Origin: Takakia lepidozioides
Taxonomy: Eukaryota; Plantae; Bryophyta
Assembly: GCA_030704615.1 (NCBI GenBank)
Contig: CM060732.1
Location: forward strand, 61,690,001-61,754,000
Length of the DNA: 64,000 nucleotides
Reading direction: 5' to 3'
The position numbers were made by a program, and so were the translations under genes. The notes beneath the pieces are model-generated. The model searched no databases, was not told the origin of the DNA, and saw only the letters and a program-made list of their open reading frames with translations. This document shows, piece after piece, positions 50,398 through 62,600 of this stretch. The stretch's first letter is position 1, and each line of letters starts with the position of its first letter.

Positions 50398-51254
50398 GTA
50401 AGAACCCTCATGAGCTTTCTCACTGTACTCCTCTCAATACATTCTATGAATGCCAATCTTTAATGCTGGTTGGCTTATGGTTTAGTATTTCAAGCAATTT
50501 TGGAGCTGAGCTTTAGTATAAAATTATTTATGTGCTGACATGATTGTTCAATCTTGACGTTGCATTATCTTCAGTGGTTTTGTTATGGTTTTGTATGGTT
50601 GAGCCATTGAGTACAAATTGCACATTGGCTTCATATTGTTTGTTATGTTGGGTTCATATGTAGGAAAGAGAAACCGGGTGCCCCCCTACGTTGGCTGACA
50701 TACAAGAATACTCTGTCTCAAGGATGTCAGCTGGGAGCGATAGGCGGGTAAGTGAGACTCAACAACCATGTGCTTTCAGTACATGTGTGCCCTGTGTATT
50801 ATAGCACGTCTAGTTGCTCAAGTTCTCAGTGAATGATCTAAGTGTTGAAAGAATGTACTCATAAGAGTGCCAGTGTGTTGATTGACAAAACTGAGTTTGG
50901 TACCTCTAACCACTTCCTGGTTTGGACTGAGATCTGTTGGGTTTGGGTTTGTTGATTTTCACTATAAGCCAACATTGTATCCCTAGGACGGCCCTGTCTG
51001 GCCAGGTCTAAGTCCATCAAGGGGTTTAGTAGAGGGTTAACACATTTTACTTCAGAAGTTGTTGGGTGTGATCATTGTATCCCTAGGACTGCATGTGTGG
51101 TAGAAGGACCTGTGCCTAAATTTACTGCTTTGCTAGAACAAAAGTGGGACCAGTATTTTTGTACAGGTGAATTGTTGTAGTCATGGTTGCCAACGTTTGA
51201 TGAATATGTGTATGGTTGGTGGGATCACCCAATATGGATTGATAGGTAAGGTGC

Positions 51255-52595
51255 TTGATGTTGTGCTCAAATATTGGCAGGTGGAAAAAAACTTGTTGGA
51301 ACATGTTGTCTTATGCATTTTGGTCTATATGGCAGGAAGCGAGTGTAGCGTATTCTGCCATAGTCGGAAAGGTGGATGCAATGGAAAAACAAGTCGAGGC
51401 TCAAGGGTCTGATATGCTGGAGATGAAATCATGGATGCAGAACATGATGGACTCTCATAAGGCAATGATGCTCAAATTGGGGGTTAATGTCCCCCTGGCA
51501 GGTCCAGTGACATCTGGCATGAATGGTTTTGGTGTCACTGTATCAAAAAGATTGGCGGAGCGGTTTGAGACCATAACTGGCGATCAATCTCAACTCTCCC
51601 CTAACCCTATCACCGATGATGGTTTGCATCTGTCCAAGCAGTTCGCCATAGGGAAGGTAGGCATTGAGACAGCAATTTCAAGTCAGCCTGCCTCTGGTAC
51701 AAAAGAAGCTACTGATCATGATGCCCGTGATATGTCTGAGAAACCTGGTACACCGGATTTAGGTATGCATGATTCCTTGGGGAATTCACATGGGGAGGAT
51801 GGGACAGATGCTACGGCATTTCAATTGGTTGTGCATCCCACTGGGGCTGATATGTTGAAGCCAAGTGAGCGTTTACAGTCTCCCCCACCTCGCAAGCACT
51901 TGCTAGTTTTGGATGTGAATGGATTGCTCTGTGAATCCATTCATATTGCTAGTGGTCCAACAACTGTTCCCAAAGGATTTGTGGGGAAGTTGTGTGGGAT
52001 GAAAATGGTAGTTTTGAGACCCAACTGTATTTCTTTTTTGCAAAAGTGTTTTGCACACTGTGAGGTGGCAGTGTGGTCTTGCTGCAAAGCTCGCAACCTC
52101 ATTCCGATGGTGGACTTTATTTTCAAAGGGCACACTAATCTTATTTTCCAATGGGATGCCCTTTACTGTGAACAGCTTACTGACCCATTGGCTAGGGGGG
52201 CTGATGCAAAGCCCATATATTTGAAGAACCTATCAAGAGTGTGGGCAGAGTGGTCAGAATGGGGTCCTGAAGACAATCTTCTTGTTGATGACACACCAAG
52301 AAAGGCATCAAACAATCCTCCATTTAGTGGGATATATCCGGAGCCATGGAAAATGCGATCATCAGGGCCAAAAGATGGCTATCTACTCGATGTGTTGTGG
52401 CCGTTCTTGGAGAGGGCAAGCAAGACTCCTAGTATTCCACAGTTTTTGAAGTCTGAGCCTCTCTTTGGACAACAGCCCTACAATTCTGCTCAGTGTAATC
52501 GTCAGAAGGTACAACAATGTAATGTAAGTCTGGTCCACATTTGGAATTCTTGGGTTGCTTGTGAATTGCATGAGCAGTGGGTTTCTCTTGAGTGA
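51255..52595 (+). CDS. Exon encoding a coiled coil, a linker and an FCP1/NIF-type HAD phosphatase-like domain, within the CACTA TnpA region
   Basis: KHLLVLDVNGLL, VVLRPNCISFL..C..HCEVAVWSC, KPIYLKNLSRVW and LLVDDTPRKASNNP match the FCP1/NIF pattern; exon boundaries not resolved. Confidence 0.8.
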   Translation: MMLCSNIGRWKKTCWNMLSYAFWSIWQEASVAYSAIVGKVDAMEKQVEAQGSDMLEMKSWMQNMMDSHKAMMLKLGVNVPLAGPVTSGMNGFGVTVSKRLAERFETITGDQSQLSPNPITDDGLHLSKQFAIGKVGIETAISSQPASGTKEATDHDARDMSEKPGTPDLGMHDSLGNSHGEDGTDATAFQLVVHPTGADMLKPSERLQSPPPRKHLLVLDVNGLLCESIHIASGPTTVPKGFVGKLCGMKMVVLRPNCISFLQKCFAHCEVAVWSCCKARNLIPMVDFIFKGHTNLIFQWDALYCEQLTDPLARGADAKPIYLKNLSRVWAEWSEWGPEDNLLVDDTPRKASNNPPFSGIYPEPWKMRSSGPKDGYLLDVLWPFLERASKTPSIPQFLKSEPLFGQQPYNSAQCNRQKVQQCNVSLVHIWNSWVACELHEQWVSLE

Positions 52596-53204
52596 GCTAT
52601 GTAACTAGTGTATTTCAGGTTGTAATGCCACTGAAGAAATTGTAATAGTTTGTGATATAGGGACCTATGATGAAGCGGCTCCATGTTGTCAACAAGTCAG
52701 CAGAGGAGCTGGAAAGTAGCCCTCTCAAGCAGTTCTCGCAGCCGCCTGAAAGTCAGCTTGGTGTAAGTCCATGATCTTCTTTTCCAATTTTGTTTATGTG
52801 GCCACTGGAGTGTAGACTACCGTCCTTCACATTTGCTATATCCTTGTGGTCATAGACTCCGCATCCAGTGGGAGACCATTGTGAGGGATTTACTTCAGTT
52901 TATTGCCAAGGGTAGGTACAGAAAGTACTCATAAGACCTTGTGTTTGGCATAGCCTTTTGGGTAGGTAGGTAGAGAGAACGAAATTGAAATTGTGTGTAT
53001 GTATGTATGTTGTTTGCTGCAACTTGTTGGCTGTAGACCTTCCTGCCTACCCTTCCTCCCTCCCCTCCCTCCATCCATCCCTATTAATAGTTGCAGCCCC
53101 CCTCCCGGTACTTAAGTACTATAATGCTTGGACCTCCGTAGTCTAGCGTGCATGGTATTTTCACTCATTGTTTTTGCTGGTGGGTGCTGGGATGACAGTT
53201 TAAG

Positions 53205-53468
53205 GTGGGAGACCAAGTTCGGCTCCTTAACGTGATGTCCAAACGGACAAAGGTTGGATCAAGGATTATATGTTCTCTGCAAGGCTGCAAGGTAAGTGAG
53301 GGCTACCCTGATGTGCCAGCTGAGTATGTGGCTATATACATCAAAGATGCATACATCACTAACGCTCCTTTACCATATCTCAACGATGTTAAGAAACATA
53401 CTGTGTTGGGGGATGTGGTAGGAAGCACCACACTTTGGAGTTTGAAGCTACTGAGACATGAGGTTTAA
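53205..53468 (+). CDS. C-terminal Tnp1/En-Spm-like domain exon of the CACTA second gene
   Basis: YVAIYIKDAYITNAPLPYLND...TVLGDVVGSTTLW resembles TnpA C-terminal domains. Confidence 0.55.
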   Translation: MGDQVRLLNVMSKRTKVGSRIICSLQGCKVSEGYPDVPAEYVAIYIKDAYITNAPLPYLNDVKKHTVLGDVVGSTTLWSLKLLRHEV

Positions 53469-54749
53469 GAAGTTTTACTGCTTTGTTTGTCAATAAAGCC
53501 CTTACTTCTAGCAGTATCTGTTGAATCTAGTTTTTTCCAGGTAAGTGTTTAGCGACATTGTGATTGAACAATGAAGCATATTTTGTGAATTTATATACAA
53601 AGACTGGTTTGAACACCACATGAATGTGTGTGCTGTGATTGTGATGTTGCTGTTTCTATGGATGGCATGTTTGATTGTAGTTGTCTTTCAGACTGTATGA
53701 TATTGGTGCTTCTGTCAGTCTATGTAACAGGGTTGATGGTAGAATCTTCTTTGTCACACTTTGCAACTGCCAGCAGGGTTGGGGGTCCACTCTTTGGTCA
53801 TTGGAAGATTAATGCAGGCTCTCCTTCCCTGCAGAGGGGGTGTGTCTTGATATAGAGGGCCAATTGCTTTGCCAATTGCTGTGCTTATGAGAGCTCCACA
53901 TGGTTTGTTTAAATTTCATATTATTTTACTTTAATTTACTATTTAAATTAGTCATTTGAAATTAAATAATATATAATAAATTTTAAAATGTACATGACCT
54001 ACACATGTCATTCACACATACTCTAACAAGACCACGTGGCATCTGTAGCGTTGTAGTGATATAGTCACACCCATAGTAATGTAGTCATATATGTATTCAG
54101 GAAATGTGCCACATGTCATCCTCAGCAATGTACTGAGTAGTCATCAGTGTAGTCACACAATGTAAGTCACGCAGACAACTATCCATGTAGGCGGACTTCT
54201 GTAGTGATGTAGTTATCATGTTAGTCATGACATGTAGTCGTGTAGTCGTGTAGTCCATTGTACCATATGGTTACACATGTCAAATCCCAAGGATCCCACG
54301 TGTTACGCACAAGCCTCTCCATGTAGGCGCAATGCTGTAGTGATGTAGTCATAACTTACAGTCGTGTAGTTATTTCTGTTATGACTACATCACCAAACCC
54401 TGCATCACTATCCCATGCCACGTCCTCAGTGACGACCATGACTTCGCACTTATCACTCCGTAGTCATGGTAGAACTGACTTCGTGTTTGTCATTGTAGAG
54501 TGAGGTAGTCGTAAAAGCACTTATCACTGCAAATGCAGTGATATCCATAGTCATAAAAACGTTAATCTGTACTAGTGTCCCCTCAAAACCCTAAACCCTC
54601 TCTCTCTTCATGGAATCTGGTTTGTGGAATAGGAAGTGGTGTGCGTACACCACAACACATCCCCTTGACTACCGAAAATCCTTATAGATAGGTGCAATCC
54701 GGGAATAGGCATTTACAGTATGAAGAAAGAAGACCCCATGACTTCAAGA

Positions 54750-54760
54750 TCAGAAAAGCA

Positions 54761-54793
<33 letters not shown>

Positions 54794-55056
54794 GGTGGGT
54801 TGACGGGGCTGCCATACCAGCATACCAGTTTGGCAGCCCCGTCAACCAAAAGCCCCCCCAAAATAACAAAAAAACAGTTTTTTTTTGGTTTTTTTCCCCC
54901 CTCCCCCCCCTCCTTGGGGGGGGTGGGTGCAAAACTGGTGTACGCATACCAGTTTTACAAGCCCGTCAACCTACCCCAACCAAAAAAACCAAAAAAAAAA
55001 AACGCACACCAATTTTGCAGGCCCGTCAACCCACAAAAAAAGTATTTCTTTTCTGA
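54750..55056. repeat. Small hairpin-rich, MITE-like insertion
   Basis: Ends TCAGAAAAG / CTTTTCTGA with poly-T and poly-A tracts; internal 17-bp inverted repeat GGTTGACGGGGCTGCCA / TGGCAGCCCCGTCAACC. Confidence 0.5.
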
Positions 55057-55613
55057 TTTTTCTTTTCCAGATTTCATGTTCATGCGTGAGAGCAGTCTAG
55101 GAAAGAAAGGGAAGTGGATTCCATGCAAGCACCTGTATTACATATTTTTACGAAGGATGTGTTGTGATCCCAAAAGAGACCAATACATTCACTAGGCCAT
55201 GCTATCGCCTGGTGAAGTCCATACTCTTCTGCAACGTGACAAGACCGAAAGTGGTTGAGTAGTACCATATGGACTGTTTGGGTGCTACGCCCCAAGTGCT
55301 TCTCTGCATTGTTACTTTGCGTGGATGTTGAGTAGCAATGAAGTTACATTGCCACATATGCGTATTTCACTTGATGTCTCAATTGTGTCTCACACTCTTG
55401 GACCGGTCAATGCAAATCAAGCAATATATGATTCATTTCGTAATTGTACTCGAGGTTTTTGCGGTCTGCAGTTTCAGCTCATATTGGCCTTTCCAACGGG
55501 AATAGGCCCCCGTTCTCATGTCCGCGGGAATAGGTCCTACTTCTAATACACCCTAAACCCCTAGGCTCATGCTTATCAAGCGTGAGCCCATGCTCGTGCT
55601 TATTGTATAAACC

Positions 55614-56720
55614 TTGTGCTTATGTCTTGTTTTTCAACAATGGCTCATACTCAACATCCATAGCTGCTTTCCATTCATCTTTGTGTAGGCTTGAAAGCGC
55701 GCAGTCAGACGGTAAAATATTTCTATTTCTGCTACATCTGCTTCGAACCTTTTGGGAGCTCCCATGACTCTCTAAGACCTTCTGAGAATATTCTCTTTAG
55801 GTACGTGAGGAGACATGATGTCGTCTTCATCTGAGATTTGTTTGTCTTCGTCTTCTTGATCAGAGACTTGTCTCGATGATGGAGACACGGACAATTCCAG
55901 TGGCTCGACATGTGGCTCCACGTGTTCTTCATGGCTCCTGTAAATCGGACCTTGCTGATCTGAAAGAGGGTTTTGAACAACCTCGTCTGTAGAGTTAAAA
56001 TTGTCTTCGTGAAAATGACATCTCTAGACGTGATCAGCTTCCTAGTCCTCAAATTATAGAGTCTATAATTTGTGGTTCCAAGGCAATATCCCAGAAAAGT
56101 ACATTTGAGCGATTTGGGTTCGAACTTTGTTTTATTGTCCTTGGGTACAAGAGCATATGCCATGCAGGGCCAAATACTCAAAGGTGAGCCACACTCGGTT
56201 TTCTCCCACTCCAGGCTTCTTCAGGTGTGATGGCCTTCAATGGTGGGACTTCGATTTCTGACATAGGTTGTCGTCATAATCGCTTCTCCCCAGAAACTAT
56301 AACTTAGTTTCGTTGCATGTAGCATTGTTCTGGCTTTCTCAACAAGAGTGCGATTCATTCGCTCAGCAATACCATTATGAAATGGTCAATTTCTTGCTGA
56401 CATTTGCTGCTGAATGCCTTCCTTCTTAAGGAACTCATAGAACTCGTTGGAGAGATATTATCCTCCTCCATCGCTTCTCAGGGTTTTGAAATGCCTCCTT
56501 GTCTCCTTCTCAACCATGGCCTTAAATTCTTGGAAAACACTAAAAGTTTGGTCTTTAGTTGAGAGAAGGTATACAAAAACCTTACGAGATTTGTCGTCGC
56601 TGAAGGTGAGGAAGTATTTTGCTCCTCCATGTGTTTACGACTGCATAGGTCCACGCAAGTCTGTATGAATGACATCCAATAATCTAGATGCTCGTTTGTT
56701 GGGTGAATGCAGCTTACAAT
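55614..56720 (-). mobile_element. Copia integrase to RT-start fragment
   Basis: AYALVPKDNKTKFEPKSLKCTFLGY...YRLYN...SRDVIF; NGIAERMNRTLVEKARTML; EWKAAMDVEYEPLLKNKT; many frameshifts. Confidence 0.9.
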
Positions 56721-57477
56721 GTCCATTTTTTTACGTAACTGCGTCATTTTTCCTGAACATAGTTTGTTGGTTTTTGTCCACAATCCTAGATTTCTATGAA
56801 ATTTGTTGAAAATGACTCACAACATTGCATTTATCTACATGTAGTATCTACCTTTCAAGACTTGCCGCCAAAAATAGTTATCTCTAGAAGCGGTGGACTT
56901 TATGACAATCCAGAAGCTTTTGTTATAGTCCATACAAAACTTGTTATGGCTCATTATTTGCTAGATTTTATAACATTTATGGAATTTAATTGGAGTAAGG
57001 GACTTGGCCCTCCCTTGCTCCTATGATAAAGAATCTAGTGTGAGAGTTTTTTAAATATTTTTACTCATTAAATTAAATTTAACGTACCTTATCAATCTAC
57101 CAATAACACCTATTTTCGTAAAGTCCTTTACAATATGAAAACCAACATACCCCATGGACTGTCTTCATTAAATACAACCATTTATTGTAGATGAAGGGTG
57201 GGGCAAGGTCAAAATTTCAAAAACATGTACTTTTGTGATTATGGTCAAGTTTGGATTACGTCACCGACGGCACGTGGCGGCATATATTCTCCATAACATC
57301 TTTCTTTTTCCCATTTGAAATGACAGTATCCCAACAATAGACATTCCACATGATATAGTGCAAGTGAATCCATTTTTCGGCTATTTTTCACGATTTGTTT
57401 TTAAATCTTATGTACTTTTAAGTTTTATTTATGTAGGCCACATCTTTAACTTTTTGGACCACTCTTCTAATTATTAG

Positions 57478-57995
57478 TGGCAGAAAACTAAAGCAAAACT
57501 TGTTGAAAGTGAGGTGGATGGTCACCAAGAATATACTAAGTCAGTGGCATTGATGGCCTACAGCTCTATGAAGGAATTTCGAACAGAATCCAGAGCAATT
57601 TTTACCATGAATGATGATAAGAATACGTGGTATGTTGATGCAGGAGCATCGGAGCACATGACAGATCGTCGAGAGTTCTTTACCAATTTCAGACCAATTC
57701 CAACCAAAACGTGGCCAGTGGTTATCGCCAATCACCAGTACTTATGGATTGAGGGAAAGGGAGATGTACACTTTAAGAGGTTTATCGATGGCCAGAGTCT
57801 TGATGGAGTCATGAAAGAGGTGCTCTATTTTCCAAAATTGAGAGCTAATTTGTTTTCCATAGGACAAACAACGGATAATAATGTTGCTACAATTTACAAG
57901 AAAAATGAATGCAAACTCATTGATGAGAAATGATAGGGTAAAATCATCATAAATGGAATGAGAGATGGAAAGCTATACAAGCTGAACATCAGTGC
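57478..57995 (+). mobile_element. Copia gag-pol protease-region fragment
   Basis: WYVDAGASEHMT...IEGKGDV...EVLYFPKLRANLFSIGQ. Confidence 0.9.
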
Positions 57996-58035
57996 CATAT
58001 AATTGCACATCAATCAAATGCACATGCAGCGTCAA

Positions 58036-59635
58036 TGTTGCGCACCTCACTTCGGTAAGCTCCCCTTCAAGTCATAGTTACTCGCTTTGATGCGCGTGCC
58101 TGACTCCCAACCTGGCTGCCGGGCCAACTCGGAGCTTCGGCTGCTCACCGGGACATAACGGTCCCCTTTTACTCTTCCAAGGAACCCTCCACCAATTTGG
58201 GCCTAGTGGAAATTCCCCTTGGTAGATGGCAGTCCGGAATAGCTCCCCACTCCTTAGTCGTTTTCCGGCTCGCTCGCTTACTCACTAGTTTTTGGTCACC
58301 AACGGGCTTGCACCGTTCTCGGGGTTACTACTCCCTATATATACTTCTGTGACTGTCCGCGGGGGTTCCACAAACAACACCATCCTTTTATGGCGAACCA
58401 CCACGAAGACCCTCGATTCCCGGTGATGAGTCGCGGTGAGTCTTGGCCTACCCACCACGGCCCCATTGGACCGTGATGAGTCCCAAGACTCCCCACGACT
58501 CCCACCACAAGGTCTCCGCCTCATGGTGAGTCCTATGCCACCCCCACTAAGTCCCGCTAAGCTACCACCACCCCTCGTGGAACCACCCCCACCGCAACCC
58601 CGTGTGCGGGGCTCCACCTAGTGAGCGCCTCCGCCTCCTTGAGTGCCTTGGGCACTCAAGGGTGCTTCAGCCCCCACATCGATTGTTGCCACCGCCCCCA
58701 CCACAAGGGCAGCCCCTCTTGTGTCCCGACCCCCTGCCCTAAAGGCAAAGGGCCGCGACACACACCCTTACCAACAAGGAATCGATGTCCTCATCGACTT
58801 GTCCATTTTGTAGAAACGAACATCCAAGTTGTGGCGTCCCACATCAAGGAGTTTGTTTCCGTACCATGGCATCCCATGGCAAAGAACCAAACCCCCACTT
58901 GACTCTACTCTCCACTAGCTAGTTCGGCCGACTTCCTCCAAGTCCCGGCCCAGGGTGGAGCTTCTCAAGCTCCTCCCAGTGCACTCTTCTTGGCCCACTT
59001 CAAGGCCAAGGAACGATCCTCCCCGAGGATCGAATCGCCTTACTGCAACAACATTTGCTTGCGACCGCTCGTGATGCCACTTTTTTGGCATCACCTTGAG
59101 CAAGGGTTCACCTTGAACCCTTTTTTACTAGGAAGATAACCTTGAACCAACCGTGCGCCCCAATCACTACAATTGGGTCCGTCTTGGAATGCTGGCCTAA
59201 GGTACGGGAACACGCCGAAGCCGCACTACGACTCCGTCCCGAGGCTACACGATTAAGGAACGTGAACGGAAGCACGTAGCTTCCGCGTTAGCCCGCACTA
59301 CAAGGCAACCCCCTCGGTAGCGCAGTTATAGTACGCGCACGCGCCAGGTGCGCACTAGCACATGAACTCCCAAAGAAGGCGCAAGTTTCCTTGTCCCTTG
59401 GGTGGGAGTCACCCGATTTCGACACTGCGTAAACACATGATTAACCCAATTTACCTCTCCCACTTTTGTAAGCTAGCATGTATTCTACACACTAGCCAAC
59501 CATACCATGCATCACCATTCCAAACAAAATAGGACGTACAACATTTGGAAACCATTTCATTTATAACAAAATTTGTACAATACAAGTTTTTTCAATCGGA
59601 TTCCTGAGCTAGCTAAGCCGGGCTAAGCATGCATT
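58036..59635 (-). mobile_element. Probable 3' LTR/UTR of the chromovirus
   Basis: Lies downstream of the chromodomain; a purine tract ggaggaggaaa precedes TG on the minus strand, and it ends ...GCAACA at 58036. Boundaries uncertain. Confidence 0.4.
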
Positions 59636-59667
59636 TCCTCCTCCACGCTCCAAGGTTGATGTCCCCA

Positions 59668-62600
59668 TCAACGCTTCTTCCGCTTTTGAGGTCGTCCTTC
59701 GAAAGCTGCAACCGCCTCGGATGCGTTTCCCATTTCTGAGGCACGCACCCAAGATGCCTCCACATGATGATAGCCCTTCCATTTCACGAGATACTCCGTT
59801 TCTCGATTCTTGAACCGCCTTGACTTAAGCACTGCCTCCCCCTCATACTCAGGTTCATTTTCATGATCTAACAGCACAGGTGGTGGACGCAACACTTGAT
59901 GCCGATTCGGACGCGCTTCATCTTTGAAATAAGGCTTCAAAATGGAGACGTGGAATACCGGACGCACCTTGCTATTCGCCGGCAGCTCCAATTCGTACAC
60001 ATCCTCATTCATAACCTTTCGGATGCGAAAGGGCCCGCATACGGAGGTACGAACTTCGGACTCGCTTCCGGAGGTAGTCAAAAATTCTTGATGTTCAACC
60101 AGACCTCCGTGTCTGCCTCAAATTTAACCTCCCTCCGCTTCCGATTCGCCCGTCGTTCATACCGTTTCCTAGCTTTGGCAATGTTGTATTTTGCGAGCTT
60201 CAACAAACGCTCACGTTCTTCCAGCACAGCCGTTGTTGTCGGTTCCTCAACGTCTTGGGCGGCCTAACTTGTCGGCACCAGAGGTGCTTTTCCATAAACC
60301 AATACGAAGGGGGAAACTCCCGTTGCGGAATGTTTTGTGTTATTATAACAGAACTCTGCCGCATCCAAGTGACCCACCCAGTCCGATTGGTCTGCCGACA
60401 CGTAATTCCGCAAGATCTGTTTCACCACGGAATTCATCTTTTCCGTTTGGCCGTCCGTCGTAGGTTGGAAGGTGGTGCTCATTTTGAGCCTCGTCCCCAT
60501 TTTCTTCCAAAGTGCCCTCCAAACTTACTTGTAAACTTTGGATCGCGGTCCGAGACAATATCCTTCGGGAGTCCATGATGCTTGAAGACGTGGGCGAAGT
60601 AAAGTCGCCCCGTCTCCTACGCCGTTGTCGTCTCCTTGGTGGGGATGAAATGGCCCATTTTACTGAACCTATCCACCACCACCATGATTGCATCGAATCC
60701 TTTTGACAGCGGCATAGCAGTCATGAAATCCATCGAGACACTTTCCTAAGACCCCTCTGGAATCGGCAAGGGTTGTAACAGCCCCGCTTGCTTTTTGTAC
60801 TCGCTCCAGTTTTGTTGGCATGTGGTGCATGTCTTGACATACTCCTCGGCCTCCTCCCTCAGTTTGGGCCAGAAATACTCTTTCTTCAAGAGTGTCGCGG
60901 TGCGCTTGGCTCCGCCGTGGCCCGCAAGCGGACCATCATGACATTTTCTTAAGAGACTATCTTTGATCCCTCCCTTCGGTACGTAGAGACGCTTTTGCTT
61001 GTACCGAAGCAGTCCATTTTGCAAGTGGAACTGCGATTTAACCCCCATCCTCAAGTCCCACATCACGGACTTCGCCATCCAGAACGGAAATGCGGCGACG
61101 CATTTCCATTTTGTATCTGCTGCATGCAGCCAAGTGCAATTCTGACCGCTTGAGACAGCGCAATTCCGACCACTTGAGACATTCATACTATCCAGAACGG
61201 AAATGCGGTACCGCATTTCCGTTCTGACTGAAAATCGTGAACCATCGGAACTGAAATGCGGCAGCGCATTTCCATCGGAGTCAAACCTCCCAACATTCCA
61301 GAACGCAAATGCGGCACCGCATTTCCGTTCTGATGAAAAATCGTGAAACATCGGAACTGAAATGCGGTACCGCATTTCCATCCGAGTCGCACCTTCCGAC
61401 ATTCCAAAACGGAAATGCGGCGCCGCATTTCCGTTTTGTATGTGAGGCATGGAGCTGTGGAACGAAAATGCGGCACAACATTTCCGCCAGGGTCAGACCT
61501 TAATACTCTACAGAACGGAAATGCGGTACCGCATTTCCGTTCTGACCGAAAATCGTGAACAACGGGAACAAAATGCGGCACGCCCGCATTTCCGTCCGAG
61601 TCGCACCTTCCGACATTCTAGATCGGAAATGCGGCGCCACATTTCCGTTTTGTATATGAGGCTTGGAGCTGTGGGACGGAAATGTGGTGTCGCATTTCCA
61701 TCCATGTGAGACCTTCAAACTTTCCAGACCGGAATGCGGCACCGCATTTCTGTTCAGGTGAGACCTCCCGCGAACGGAATGTGCATGGCATTTCCGTTCA
61801 TCAACTAGGTATGTGAAGGGGGAACGGAAATCGGTACCGCATTTCCGTTCACATTGAAAATCATGAACCACGGGAACTGAAATGTTGTGCCTCATTTCCG
61901 TCCGAATTGTACCTTTCCACATTCCAGAACGGAAATGCGGCGCCGCAGTTCACTTTTGTATCTCATACATGGAGCTGTGGGACGGAAATGCGGCACCGTA
62001 TTTCCGTTCAACAACTAAGGTATGTGAAGGTGGAACGGAAATGCGGTGCCGCATTTTCTTCCAACAAGTACGGATGTGTAACTTCGTGATGGTACTTAAC
62101 GGAAATGCGGCGCCGCATTCGCATTTTCACTCCAACTCATCAGACGCTGGGACAAAAATGCCTTGAAATGTGAACACGTGGAGCAACAGAATTGCGGCAC
62201 ATGTCGGCACTCTATCTGACAGAAGTAGCTCAAGGCAATGCACCACCGCCTTCATTTCTTTCTCGTGCATAGGCCACCGTCGCTCCACTTCATTCAGTTT
62301 CTTACTTTTGTAAGGCACTGGACGTCCATCCTGCATGAGTACACCCCCAATTACGAAGTCCGACGCATCTGTATGGATCTCAAATGGACGTCGAACTCCG
62401 GAATTTTGAGGACTGGAGCTTCCACCAATTTTGAGGACTGGAGCTTCCACCATCCACCTGCTTCAACTCGGCAAAAGCTTGGCCACAAAAGGTGTTCCAA
62501 TACCCAAGCTTTGGATTACACATGAGGTCTGACAGCGGCCCCGCGATCTTGGCGAAATTTCTCACATACTTCCGTAATAGGAGGCGATTCCTAGAAGGAT

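Larger units (their letters stand above)
28833..54577 (+). mobile_element. CACTA (En/Spm) transposon, full length, with nested insertions
   Basis: TIRs CACTACTACAGATTAACGTTTTTATGACTA / TAGTCATAAAAACGTTAATCTGTACTAGTG; 3-bp TSD TCC (28830-28832, 54578-54580); gactac/gtagtc subterminal repeats at 41530-41830 and 54000-54570; Tnp2 and TnpA-like genes inside. Confidence 0.93.
28338..55613. mobile_element. Probable deletion derivative of the same MULE family (~1.5 kb once the nested CACTA is removed)
   Basis: Left end is 64% identical (ungapped, 66 nt) to the copy-1 terminus. Right part holds a SWIM C-terminal fragment (PDF...KWIPCKHLYYIF...YIH*AMLSPGEVHTLL, about 55067-55235) homologous to the 30288 transposase end. 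Both flanks are minus-strand Copia pol. No TSD found. Confidence 0.5.

Noticed and set aside
54586-54600. Telomeric repeat (CCCTAAA), also at about 55551 and 28405
   Set aside because: Isolated one- or two-unit telo-box-like words, not an array.
61076-62230. CRISPR array (24-bp palindromic repeat + ~29-bp spacers)
   Set aside because: Spacers fall into about four recurring types rather than being unique, repeats are degenerate, no cas genes are present, and the context is a eukaryotic retrotransposon.
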